Source: Paramuribaculum sp.
GTDB taxonomy: Bacteria; Bacteroidota; Bacteroidia; Bacteroidales; Muribaculaceae
Direction of reading: 5' to 3'
Length of the DNA stretch: 64,000 nt
Assembly (NCBI GenBank): GCA_029060545.1
Contig: JAIDTT010000001.1
Coordinates: forward strand, 773-64,772
Position numbers and translations under genes: made by a program. Within the stretch, counting starts at the first letter, position 1. Each line of letters begins with the position of its first letter. The notes beneath the pieces are model-generated. The model was not told where the DNA came from. It saw only the letters and a program-made list of their open reading frames with translations, and searched no databases. Shown in pieces: positions 9,061-17,373 of the stretch.

Positions 9061-9864
9061 CTATCGGTTCTTAAGCAGTGGAGCGTTGAAGCGTCGGCGT
9101 TCGTCGTCGGATATCCAGCCCCACTTGTTGAAGTAGCGGATCATGTTGACTACGTGGATGCCGAGCATCCGCAGGTTGTGATACGAAGCAGCGCGATGAT
9201 GGTGTACGGCTGTCGCGTAGGGATAGTAAAGCGTCGTGGATTCGCGGTGAAGGCGGCGCGACATGTCGATGTCCTCCGGATAGAGGAAGAAGCGCTCGTC
9301 GAAGAGGCCGACGCGCCGCAGCGCGTCGCACGACATCATCATGAAGCTGCCCTGCATATATGGCGCGTTGAAGGGACGGGTGTGATCGATATGGCGCAGC
9401 TCGTATCGCTGTCGGCGACGGCGAGCGATCCACTTCGGGAGGAATCGGCGCAGGATGAGGTCGAGCGGCGTGGGGATAAGTCGCACGGTGTATTGCGGAG
9501 ACCCGTCGGAGTTTAGCATCCGTGGATGCAGAGCACCTATATCAGTATTTACGTCCATATATCCGGCCATGCGGTCGATATCGGCAGGCGCTATCTCCAC
9601 ATCGCTGTTGATTACAAGATGGATGTCGAAGCCGTCGGCAAGGCTTTGGCGCAGAGCTACATTATGTCCCGACCCATAGCCACGGTTTTCGTGACGGATG
9701 TATTCGGCCCTGGGATATTGTGCCACAGTCGGTGCGAGATCATCGTTGCCGCTATGATCGACCACAGTGATCCGCTCGGCACAGCTTTCCGACAACGTTG
9801 CGAGAGCTTGCCTCAGCTCCTGTGGAGGAGTGCGGAAAGTGACTATCGAAGCCGCTAATCTCAT
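9061..9864 (-). CDS. GT2 glycosyltransferase (rhamnosyltransferase-like)
   Basis: VVDHS, ENRGYGSGHN, INSDV (DxD-like), MQGSFMMM, FDERFFLYPEDIDMSRR. Start at ATG 9864 overlaps the upstream stop (ATGA). Confidence 0.88.
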   Translation of the reverse strand: MRLAASIVTFRTPPQELRQALATLSESCAERITVVDHSGNDDLAPTVAQYPRAEYIRHENRGYGSGHNVALRQSLADGFDIHLVINSDVEIAPADIDRMAGYMDVNTDIGALHPRMLNSDGSPQYTVRLIPTPLDLILRRFLPKWIARRRRQRYELRHIDHTRPFNAPYMQGSFMMMSCDALRRVGLFDERFFLYPEDIDMSRRLHRESTTLYYPYATAVHHHRAASYHNLRMLGIHVVNMIRYFNKWGWISDDERRRFNAPLLKNR

Positions 9865-10499
9865 TTGCCCGACGACTTCAGCTCGAATCCGGCGCAAAGG
9901 CCGTCGTAGCTCGAAAGTGCTTTCGACAGGGTGTTGATGGTGGAATTGCCGGTTACCGAACCTACAGTCTTGACGAGTTCGATCAGCTTTGTGACGTCAA
10001 ACATCAGTTTGATGCCGCCGAGAGGATTCTTCTCCACGTAGGCGTTGACTTTTCCGATCTTGATTTTGCCTGCCTTGAAGTTGAATACGAAGTTGGATTG
10101 CGATCCCTCATCGGTATTCTTGGATATGCTGCCTTTGAGAGTGACGCCCCGCACCTTCATTTCGAATGTGGAGTCGGCGGCTATGGTGAGGTTCATCTTG
10201 TCGATACCCGTCTTACTGTATATCGGCTCAAGTTTCGAAGTGATGGTGGCAGCTGCAGCCGCTCCGCCGGCCTTCTGGAGGAGATTATCGGATTTGAAGG
10301 TCACGGCTGGAGCCGAGTAGCTCCAATGGCCTACGAGATCGGATACTCCGATGTTTCCGCTTGAGAGTACATTGCCTACGATTGAACCGATGTCGGTCGA
10401 TCCGCCTACCTTTTTCAGGGCGTCCTTGATATCGAATGCTGAGGCCTGAGTGAAAATGCCTGCTACGAGGATTATCGCAATAAATAAAGATTTCTTCAT
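9861..10499 (-). CDS. DUF4923-like exported protein (lipocalin-like)
   Basis: Signal peptide ending ASA-F; LVGHWSYSAPAVTFKSDNLLQKAGG and LSSYDGLCAGFEL match the family as I recall it. Confidence 0.75.
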   Translation of the reverse strand: MKKSLFIAIILVAGIFTQASAFDIKDALKKVGGSTDIGSIVGNVLSSGNIGVSDLVGHWSYSAPAVTFKSDNLLQKAGGAAAAATITSKLEPIYSKTGIDKMNLTIAADSTFEMKVRGVTLKGSISKNTDEGSQSNFVFNFKAGKIKIGKVNAYVEKNPLGGIKLMFDVTKLIELVKTVGSVTGNSTINTLSKALSSYDGLCAGFELKSSGK

Positions 10500-10525
10500 G
10501 AGGGTGAATTTTTTTGGTTACTATG

Positions 10526-10533
10526 CAAATGTA
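10526..10533 (-). promoter_or_regulatory. -7 promoter element for the DUF4923-GT2 operon
   Basis: Minus strand TACATTTG (TAnnTTTG), 27 nt upstream of ATG 10499. Confidence 0.6.
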
Positions 10534-10657
10534 GCAATCAATTGGCAAAATGCCTTCATCGAGACCTGCAGTTAACGAATTTTAAGGGTTTGCTGTCCCT
10601 CTGCCCCGAGGAAAAGATTTATCTTTACAAAATATTTGTGAAAAGTTGTATAACGGA

Positions 10658-13252
10658 ATGCTTACGACGTCTCTCAAATGCCTCCGACGATCGGCGCTGA
10701 TGCTTGTTGTAATCGCTGTGTCAGTGGTGATTGGATCCTGCTCGGAGGAGACCCGGCAGGAAATATTCGGAGCTGCGCGACTTGTGCCTACGGCGCGGGT
10801 CGATGCCACATTGCATACCGTAGAAGGTACGGATGCTTCCGGCAGTCTGTTGCCATATATTCCGCAACCTGATGAACTATCGCTTACGCTGAGCAATAGC
10901 GACGGATCATATTCCCATACGTGGACGCATCTGTCGGAATATCCGGCCAATGAGCCGTTGCTCACAGGGCTCTATAAGGCTGAGGTCAGCTATGGCTCGG
11001 AGCTGGTGGAAGGTGTCGACTCACCTTACTTCTATGGTGCCGAATCAGTAAGCCTTTCTGCCGATGGTGTCACCGAATCCGTGTGTGTCACGGCTACTCT
11101 CGCCAATACCATGTGGCGCATTGCCACCACGGATGCTTTCGCGGAATACTTTGGCAATGCTGTGGCCACACTCCATTCCGCAGGTGGGGGATATATCGCA
11201 GTCAATCCCGCGGAGTCGGCGCCCGTATTTCTTCGAACTGGCGATGTGTGCGTGTATCTCGAACTTGAGATGCCCACGGGTGAGCGGGTGGAATTTCTTG
11301 CGGCCAAAGTGACAGGCGCTAAAGCTGCCCGACTATATGATATCACATTGGATCAGCGTATGGCTTCCGATGGCGTTACCCCGCAGGTGGTGGTGTCGTT
11401 CGACGAATCAACCGCTACCGATGATGTGGTGATTACCCTCAGCCGCGAATTTCTCGATGCCGAGGCGCCGACTCTTGAAGCTCTCGGTTTCGCTGGTGGC
11501 GAGACGATAGCGATAGCCGAAGGCACTACTACCGACAATCCGGTATGTGTGAAGGTGAAGCCATCGCTCACGTCGCGTCTGTTGATGACCTCGAAGTCGC
11601 CGTCGCTTGTAGCTGCCGGTTGGCCTGCTGAAATTGACCTGATGGAAGTCTCTGCCGCTCAACTCTCGGTTATGCGGGATTTGGGATTGAAGATTAGCGA
11701 TGACACCGACGGCTCGCGCTGTTACGACTTCACTGACGTGTTGCGCCATCTGCGCGCATCAGATACAGGCCCCGTGGCCAAATCCTTCTCATTCATTGCC
11801 TCGTCGGCATCCGGCCGCATAGCCGGTCCGCTCACGCTTAATGTAGAGGTAAGCCCGGTCGACATCTCGATAGTGGGAGTATCGCCTGTAGTGATCGGTG
11901 TGAATCAGGCTCAGGTGAGAATTCTGTCGCGCGACGCCAATCTGGAGCAGAACCTTTCGGTGCAGATCCGCTCCTCGCAGAATAAATCGTGGGAACCGGC
12001 AGCAATCACTTCCATCACCCCTGACTCCGACCGTACCGGACGCTGGTATGTGAAATTCGAGGTGCCTCAGTCTACCGATCCTACTGTGGAGGCCCGCATC
12101 CTCTACTGCTCACAGGTGAAAGCGCAATATACTCTACGGCGCGTGGCTCCATCCTATACCGTTGAGGTCGATGGCTATGCCATGCTCGCTATAGTGAAGA
12201 TATCGGCTGAATCGGAGGATATGACTTCAATGATAGCCTCTACCGCCAATGTTTACCTTGACGGAGCTCCTACGGTGCAGGTATCGCGCGATCCTGATCG
12301 TGGCTATATAATAGTAGGCGCCCTCGAACCGAATCATACCTACAATCTCACCACCACTCTATACGATACCGAAGGTGCCGCAGCTCATCCCGGCGGCTTC
12401 ACATCGGTCGTTAGATTCGCTACCGAAAACAATCCCGGAGTGCCGAATGGCACATTCGACCAGATTCTTGCCGACCAGATCAAATACCGTGATCTTCCGG
12501 CGGGAGGACGGTTTTCACAGAATATCGTAGATCTATTCAACCGGCAGAACTATGTGAGCTATAACCTTGCCGTACCGAAGGGATGGGCCAATACCAACAG
12601 CAAGACATTCTGTACCGCGGCCTCTCGCCATAATTCGTGGTATATGGTACCGTCGGTTTATACCATCAAGGATGTGGTGACTGAAGAAAGTCCATACGCC
12701 GTGGTAGTGCGATCTACCGGCTGGGATCTGCACGGGGCAGCTATTCCCGACTATCGCCAGACGGGTCAGCCATATACCGACTACTCTCTGTCGATTCCTG
12801 AGATAGCACATCGCTCAGCCGGTAAGCTCTTCCTCGGATCATATACCTTCAACCCGGCTACCGAGACGGAGACATATCGCGAAGGTGTGGAATTCCACTC
12901 GCGCCCCACGGCTCTCAACGGCTACTACTCCTTCATTCCTGCTCTCAACGACATATACGACCGTGGCCTTGCCATAGTGGAAGTGATAGGTGAAGAAGCG
13001 AATGCAGAGGTCGTGATAGCCCGTGGCGAATACCTCTTCACGGCGGCTACTTCCTATACAGCCTTTTCCATTCCGTTGACCTACCGATACTTCGGGCGTA
13101 AAGCCACGAAACTCAAGATACTCTTCTCCTCATCGGAGCGCATCGGCAGTATCGCCGAAGAGACGGCCGATGTGGTCACTTATTCCGATCCGAAGATATC
13201 CATGTCGATAGGAAATGAGCTCCGGCTCGATAATCTCACATTCTCATATTGA
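10658..13252 (+). CDS. Large surface lipoprotein: DUF4493-like N-terminal domain, beta-sandwich stalk, C-terminal PCMD-like domain
   Basis: Lipobox VIGS-C followed by SEE; N-terminal GLYKAEVSYG...PYFYG...ATLANT (DUF4493-like); C-terminal VPNGTFD...AGKLFLGSY...GVEFHSRPTALNGYYSF...GNELRLDNLTFSY (PCMD-like). ATG 10658 preferred over TTG 10646. Confidence 0.75.
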   Translation: MLTTSLKCLRRSALMLVVIAVSVVIGSCSEETRQEIFGAARLVPTARVDATLHTVEGTDASGSLLPYIPQPDELSLTLSNSDGSYSHTWTHLSEYPANEPLLTGLYKAEVSYGSELVEGVDSPYFYGAESVSLSADGVTESVCVTATLANTMWRIATTDAFAEYFGNAVATLHSAGGGYIAVNPAESAPVFLRTGDVCVYLELEMPTGERVEFLAAKVTGAKAARLYDITLDQRMASDGVTPQVVVSFDESTATDDVVITLSREFLDAEAPTLEALGFAGGETIAIAEGTTTDNPVCVKVKPSLTSRLLMTSKSPSLVAAGWPAEIDLMEVSAAQLSVMRDLGLKISDDTDGSRCYDFTDVLRHLRASDTGPVAKSFSFIASSASGRIAGPLTLNVEVSPVDISIVGVSPVVIGVNQAQVRILSRDANLEQNLSVQIRSSQNKSWEPAAITSITPDSDRTGRWYVKFEVPQSTDPTVEARILYCSQVKAQYTLRRVAPSYTVEVDGYAMLAIVKISAESEDMTSMIASTANVYLDGAPTVQVSRDPDRGYIIVGALEPNHTYNLTTTLYDTEGAAAHPGGFTSVVRFATENNPGVPNGTFDQILADQIKYRDLPAGGRFSQNIVDLFNRQNYVSYNLAVPKGWANTNSKTFCTAASRHNSWYMVPSVYTIKDVVTEESPYAVVVRSTGWDLHGAAIPDYRQTGQPYTDYSLSIPEIAHRSAGKLFLGSYTFNPATETETYREGVEFHSRPTALNGYYSFIPALNDIYDRGLAIVEVIGEEANAEVVIARGEYLFTAATSYTAFSIPLTYRYFGRKATKLKILFSSSERIGSIAEETADVVTYSDPKISMSIGNELRLDNLTFSY

Positions 13253-13295
13253 AAAATAATTAAATAACCAACATAATCACAAGCTACACAGCCTT

Positions 13296-14051
13296 ATGTC
13301 AAAGTTACCTAAAATCTTGCTCAGCGTTATCGCTCTTACGGCGACTGCTCTGAGCGCCGGGGCTCAGGAGCACTTCCAGCGCAATCTGGAGCAAGTGTCG
13401 TTCGTGCCCAAAGGTCAATGGATTGCCGGCGTAAGCGTCGGCTACTCCCAGAGCGATCAGGACAATTATCAGTTTTTCGTATTCGAGAAAATCAAAGGTG
13501 ATACCTATAATTTCAAGGTCACCCCGATGGCTCTTTATTCGTTTAAGGACAATCTGGCCGCAGGTATCAAGGTAGGATACGAGCGCAGCAAGCTCCAGCT
13601 TGACGACGGTTCGCTCATACTCGACTCTGAGACCACTTTCAATGCCGACAATCTCTTCTCCATCCGCAATAATTTCTTCGCCACCGGCGCTTTCCGTAAC
13701 TACATCTCGCTCGGCGACAGCCATCGCTTCGGCTTCTTCAATGAGTTTCAGCTCACTCTCGGCGGAGGTCAGTCCAAATACTCCAACTATACCGGCGGAC
13801 AGGGCGACAACCGTCACATAGAAGGTACGTATGAGAAGAACTTCAATCTCAATATCGGCCTCACTCCGGGCTTCGTGATGTTTCTCAATAATTATTCGGC
13901 CATCGAAGTCAATATCGGTGTGCTCGGTTTCGGCTACAACTACACACGCGCCGTCACCAATCAGGTGCAGGTGGCTCACCGTAAGTCGAAGCATGCCAAT
14001 TTCAAAATCAATCTCTTTTCCGTACAGTTCGGAATGGCATTTTATCTCTAA
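13296..14051 (+). CDS. Outer-membrane beta-barrel protein (about 8 strands), uncharacterised
   Basis: Signal peptide (SAGA-Q); about eight amphipathic strands (QWIAGVSVGY, YNFKVTPMALYSF, LAAGIKVGY, ...); C-terminal VQFGMAFYL beta-signal. Confidence 0.8.
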   Translation: MSKLPKILLSVIALTATALSAGAQEHFQRNLEQVSFVPKGQWIAGVSVGYSQSDQDNYQFFVFEKIKGDTYNFKVTPMALYSFKDNLAAGIKVGYERSKLQLDDGSLILDSETTFNADNLFSIRNNFFATGAFRNYISLGDSHRFGFFNEFQLTLGGGQSKYSNYTGGQGDNRHIEGTYEKNFNLNIGLTPGFVMFLNNYSAIEVNIGVLGFGYNYTRAVTNQVQVAHRKSKHANFKINLFSVQFGMAFYL

Positions 14052-14057
14052 CCGAAT

Positions 14058-14939
14058 ATGAAAGCTACTAAATACATCGCTATAATGCTGCTGGCCGGTT
14101 GCGCAATGATGCCCGCGGCCGCCACTGCTGCCGAGGTTGCCGATTCGGCAGTGACCTCCACGCGCACTCCGATTGTGAGGAAAGGCACTATCACCCATCC
14201 CGAGTTCGATGAGAAAGTCATCGTGGGCAAAGATACAGTGAGTATCATTATACCCGAACGCAACTGGGGTCGCTACGACCGCGGTCTGTTCAACTACCTT
14301 TTCATCCCCAAAGGACAGTGGGCGTTCGGCCTGATGGCTTCCTATGGCGAATTCAACGCCAACGACGTGCAGGTGCTCCAGGCTCTCAACGAATTTGACT
14401 TCAAGGGCAAGCAGTATGCTATCCGCCCCAACGTGTCGTACTTCTTCCGCAACAACCAGTGTGTGGGTCTGAAGTTCGACTATACCCGTGGCGAAGCCGA
14501 CCTCGGTCGTCTGGCTGTGAATCTCGGCGACGACCTCAGCTTCGATATCCACGATATCAGCTACTATTCGTCGAAATATTCGCTCGGCATCTTCTACCGT
14601 AATTATGTGGGTCTTGGCCGGTCAAAGCGTTTTGCCGTGTTCAATGAAGCCTGCCTCTCTTTCGGCAGCGGTTCGTCGAGATTCAAGCGCCCCTACAACA
14701 GCGAGATCCGCGATACCCGCACCGACCTCACTGAAGTGGCCCTCAATTTCAGCCCGGGCGTATGTATGTTTATTCTCGACAACATCAGCTTCAATGTGTC
14801 GCTCGGTGTATTCGGCGTGCATCTGCGCAACGAAAAGCAGGTGACCGACGGCGTAGAGGAGGGTTCGCGATTCAGCAGCGGTGCCGACTTCCGCTTCAAT
14901 CTGTTTAACATCAATTTTGGTATAGGTGTACACATTTAA
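14058..14939 (+). CDS. Outer-membrane beta-barrel protein (about 8 strands), paralog of the upstream gene
   Basis: Signal peptide; PKGQW, RNYxxLGxSxRFxxFNE and the C-terminal FNLFNINFGIGVHI align with the 13296..14051 product. Confidence 0.8.
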   Translation: MKATKYIAIMLLAGCAMMPAAATAAEVADSAVTSTRTPIVRKGTITHPEFDEKVIVGKDTVSIIIPERNWGRYDRGLFNYLFIPKGQWAFGLMASYGEFNANDVQVLQALNEFDFKGKQYAIRPNVSYFFRNNQCVGLKFDYTRGEADLGRLAVNLGDDLSFDIHDISYYSSKYSLGIFYRNYVGLGRSKRFAVFNEACLSFGSGSSRFKRPYNSEIRDTRTDLTEVALNFSPGVCMFILDNISFNVSLGVFGVHLRNEKQVTDGVEEGSRFSSGADFRFNLFNINFGIGVHI

Positions 14940-14940
14940 T

Positions 14941-16554
14941 ATGAAGAAATTAGTATTTGCAGCCGCTTCGCTCATAGCTGTGCTGGCGGCATCCTGTATA
15001 TCAAATGACCTGCCTTATCCGTGGGTACAGCCAAATGTGGCCGAATTTGTAGTAGCCTCTACTGACGCGCAGGGCAATCCTCTGCTCAGCGGTCCGGTAC
15101 AGGCCGACTCCGTCACACGCACCATCACCATCCCTCTTACCGAGTGGGCCGATATCAACGCTGTGAAAGTGGAGAAAGTGGTGCTGTCGGACGGCACAAC
15201 CTGTCTCGATCCCACTATATTTGATAAGCCTCTCGATCTGTCGAAGCCTCTCACCGTGCAGTTTGGTATGTACGACCGCGTATTCGACTGGACTATAGAG
15301 GCCGAGCAGACCATCGAGCGCTACTTCACGATAGCCTCGCAGGTAGGACGCGCCGAATTCGATGTGGAAGCCCATACCGTTAAAGCGCTTGTGCCTATGG
15401 AGCAATCGCTGTCTTCGATACTCGTGCGTACACTCAAGCTGGCCGGACCACTGGCTGTGATGACTCCCGATCTTGTAGGTGAGACGGTCGACTTCTCATC
15501 GCCCGTAGAAGTATCGGTCGAGGAGTTTGATAAGACTACCGTATGGACTCTCACCGTGGAGCAGACCGACGTAAGCGTTACCCTCGACCGTGTGGATGCC
15601 TGGACCGAGGTGGCTTGGCTATATGCCAGCGCTGAAGTGGGTAAGAACAACGGCTTTGAATATCGCCTCTCCACCAACGATGAATGGATAGTAGTGCCCT
15701 CGGAGTGGATTGTGGCCGATGGCGGTGCATATTCCTGCTGTCTGCGCGATCTAATACCGCAGACCCAGTATACCGTGCGCGCCTTCTCCGACGACGACGC
15801 AAGTGTTGAAGTTACCTTCACTACCGGTGAGAATGTGCAGCTTCCCAATTCCGAGTTCCGCAATTGGTGGCTCGACAGTAAGGTGTGGAAACCATGGGCT
15901 GAGGATGGTGAATCCTTCTGGGATACCGGTAACCGTGGAGCTGCAACTCTGGGTCAGAGCAACTCTATTCCGATCGAGGATGCCTCATCGCCCACAGGCT
16001 ATCAGGGTGCTGAACTGCAGACTAAGTTTATAGGTGTGTCAGTACTCGGTAAGCTCGGCGCAGGCAATCTCTTTGCAGGCAGTTATGTGCGTACCGACGG
16101 TACCAACGGTGTGCTCGATATGGGTCGTCCGTTCACCCAGCGCCCCACAGCTCTTAAAGCCCGCATTCAGTACACCCCCGTAGCCATCACACATGCCAGC
16201 AAGAGCAATCCCAACTTCTCTGATATGATCGGTCAGCCCGACACATGTGTGGTATGGGCTGCCCTTACCGATATGGACGCTCCTTATGAGATACGCACCA
16301 AGCCTACCGACCGTCAGGTATTCGATCCGGAGAATGAAGGTGTGATCGCCTATGGTATCTATCAGAACGGTAATGCTACCGACGGGTTCATTGACATCGT
16401 GGTGCCGCTCGACTACCGTGCTACCGACCGCGTACCGACCCATCTGCTCGTCACCGCTTCGGCCAGCAAATATGGCGACTACTTCACCGGCGGTAATGGC
16501 TCCGTACTGAAAGTGCTCAGCGTCGAGCTCCTCTACAACTACGTCGAGCCTTAA
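14941..16554 (+). CDS. Surface lipoprotein with Ig/FN3-like repeats and a C-terminal PCMD-like domain
   Basis: MKKLVFAAASLIAVLAAS-C lipobox (ATG 14941, 2 nt after the upstream stop); two repeated beta modules (xDxxxxTxxxxxP...LSKPLTV / FSSPVEV); FN3-like RDLIPQTQYTVRAF; PCMD-like QLPNSEF..WDTGN..AGNLFAGSY..GRPFTQRPTAL. Confidence 0.78.
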   Translation: MKKLVFAAASLIAVLAASCISNDLPYPWVQPNVAEFVVASTDAQGNPLLSGPVQADSVTRTITIPLTEWADINAVKVEKVVLSDGTTCLDPTIFDKPLDLSKPLTVQFGMYDRVFDWTIEAEQTIERYFTIASQVGRAEFDVEAHTVKALVPMEQSLSSILVRTLKLAGPLAVMTPDLVGETVDFSSPVEVSVEEFDKTTVWTLTVEQTDVSVTLDRVDAWTEVAWLYASAEVGKNNGFEYRLSTNDEWIVVPSEWIVADGGAYSCCLRDLIPQTQYTVRAFSDDDASVEVTFTTGENVQLPNSEFRNWWLDSKVWKPWAEDGESFWDTGNRGAATLGQSNSIPIEDASSPTGYQGAELQTKFIGVSVLGKLGAGNLFAGSYVRTDGTNGVLDMGRPFTQRPTALKARIQYTPVAITHASKSNPNFSDMIGQPDTCVVWAALTDMDAPYEIRTKPTDRQVFDPENEGVIAYGIYQNGNATDGFIDIVVPLDYRATDRVPTHLLVTASASKYGDYFTGGNGSVLKVLSVELLYNYVEP

Positions 16555-16575
16555 TCAGGCCATACATATACCATG

Positions 16576-16607
16576 AGATCGGGCGTGCCGGAGGGCACGC
16601 CCGATCT
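16576..16607. terminator. Perfect 14-bp hairpin between convergent operons (terminator or RNA-stability element)
   Basis: AGATCGGGCGTGCC-GGAG-GGCACGCCCGATCT; no clear U-tract on either side. Confidence 0.6.
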
Positions 16608-16650
16608 GTACTTACGGCCTGTAATAGATAGTTTATTAGGCGTTATTGGA

Positions 16651-17373
16651 TTAGAGGCGGCCTTCGTCGGCGTATGAGTAGAAGGAGCCGCCGGCGATGA
16701 TGAGGTGGTCGAGCACGTGGATGTCGAGCAGTTCGGCGGCAGCTTTGATCTTCCGAGTGAGGGTGTCGTCTTGAGCGGAGGGGCGTAGTTGCCCCGACGG
16801 ATGATTGTGTACGAGGATGATGCCGTTGGCGAGTGTCTCTACGGCGTGTTTGATGATCAGCTTCGTCTCCACGTAAGTGGCGGCCGTGCCTCCGCGACTG
16901 ATACATTCGGTAGCTATCACGCGGTTGGCGCGCGACAGTAGCATTATCCAAAATTCTTCTGTGGGTAGATTATAGAAGTGGTCACCGATGATGCGGAATG
17001 CATCGGCAGAGGATGTGATGCGCGGCTGCTTTTCGGGCTCTTCTTCGCGCATGCGTCGGGCGAGTTCGAGCGCAGACGCTATGGCTACGGCCTTGGCCGG
17101 ACCTACGCCACGAAACTGAGCCTGCAGTCCGGCGATCGACATACGCGACAGACGTGTGAGACTACCGCCGCAAGCCTGTAATATCTCCGCACTCAGTTCG
17201 GTGACGGGTTTGCCAGGCAGCCCGGCGCCAATCACGATGGCGAGCAGCTCCGAGGTGCTGAGGCTGCGCACTCCGGAGGCGATGGCCTTTTCACGTGGCT
17301 TGTCGTCATCGGCCATCAATGAAATGCTCAATGGCTTATGACCGTTGGGGAGGGATTGGTTGTCGGTGATCAT
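16651..17373 (-). CDS. radC: RadC family JAB-domain protein
   Basis: KPREK, LSTSELLAI, HhH GVGPAKA, EEFWIMLLSRAN, HNHPSG and LDHLII (JAB/MPN motif). Confidence 0.93.
   Translation of the reverse strand: MITDNQSLPNGHKPLSISLMADDDKPREKAIASGVRSLSTSELLAIVIGAGLPGKPVTELSAEILQACGGSLTRLSRMSIAGLQAQFRGVGPAKAVAIASALELARRMREEEPEKQPRITSSADAFRIIGDHFYNLPTEEFWIMLLSRANRVIATECISRGGTAATYVETKLIIKHAVETLANGIILVHNHPSGQLRPSAQDDTLTRKIKAAAELLDIHVLDHLIIAGGSFYSYADEGRL

Noticed and set aside
14049-14060. In-frame TAA-CCG-AAT-ATG junction suggesting read-through fusion of the two barrels
   Set aside because: TAA is an efficient stop, the second gene has its own signal peptide, and the first ends in a beta-signal that must be C-terminal.
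13305-14552. 415-aa antisense ORF spanning both beta-barrel genes
   Set aside because: Shadow ORF. The two sense genes share a frame and their codon bias suppresses antisense stops; the translation has no recognisable motifs.
16651-17373. radC as a marker of a mobile element or antirestriction cargo
   Set aside because: Full-length chromosomal type with an N-terminal HhH region, coupled to housekeeping genes; no integrase, transposase, att site or tRNA nearby.
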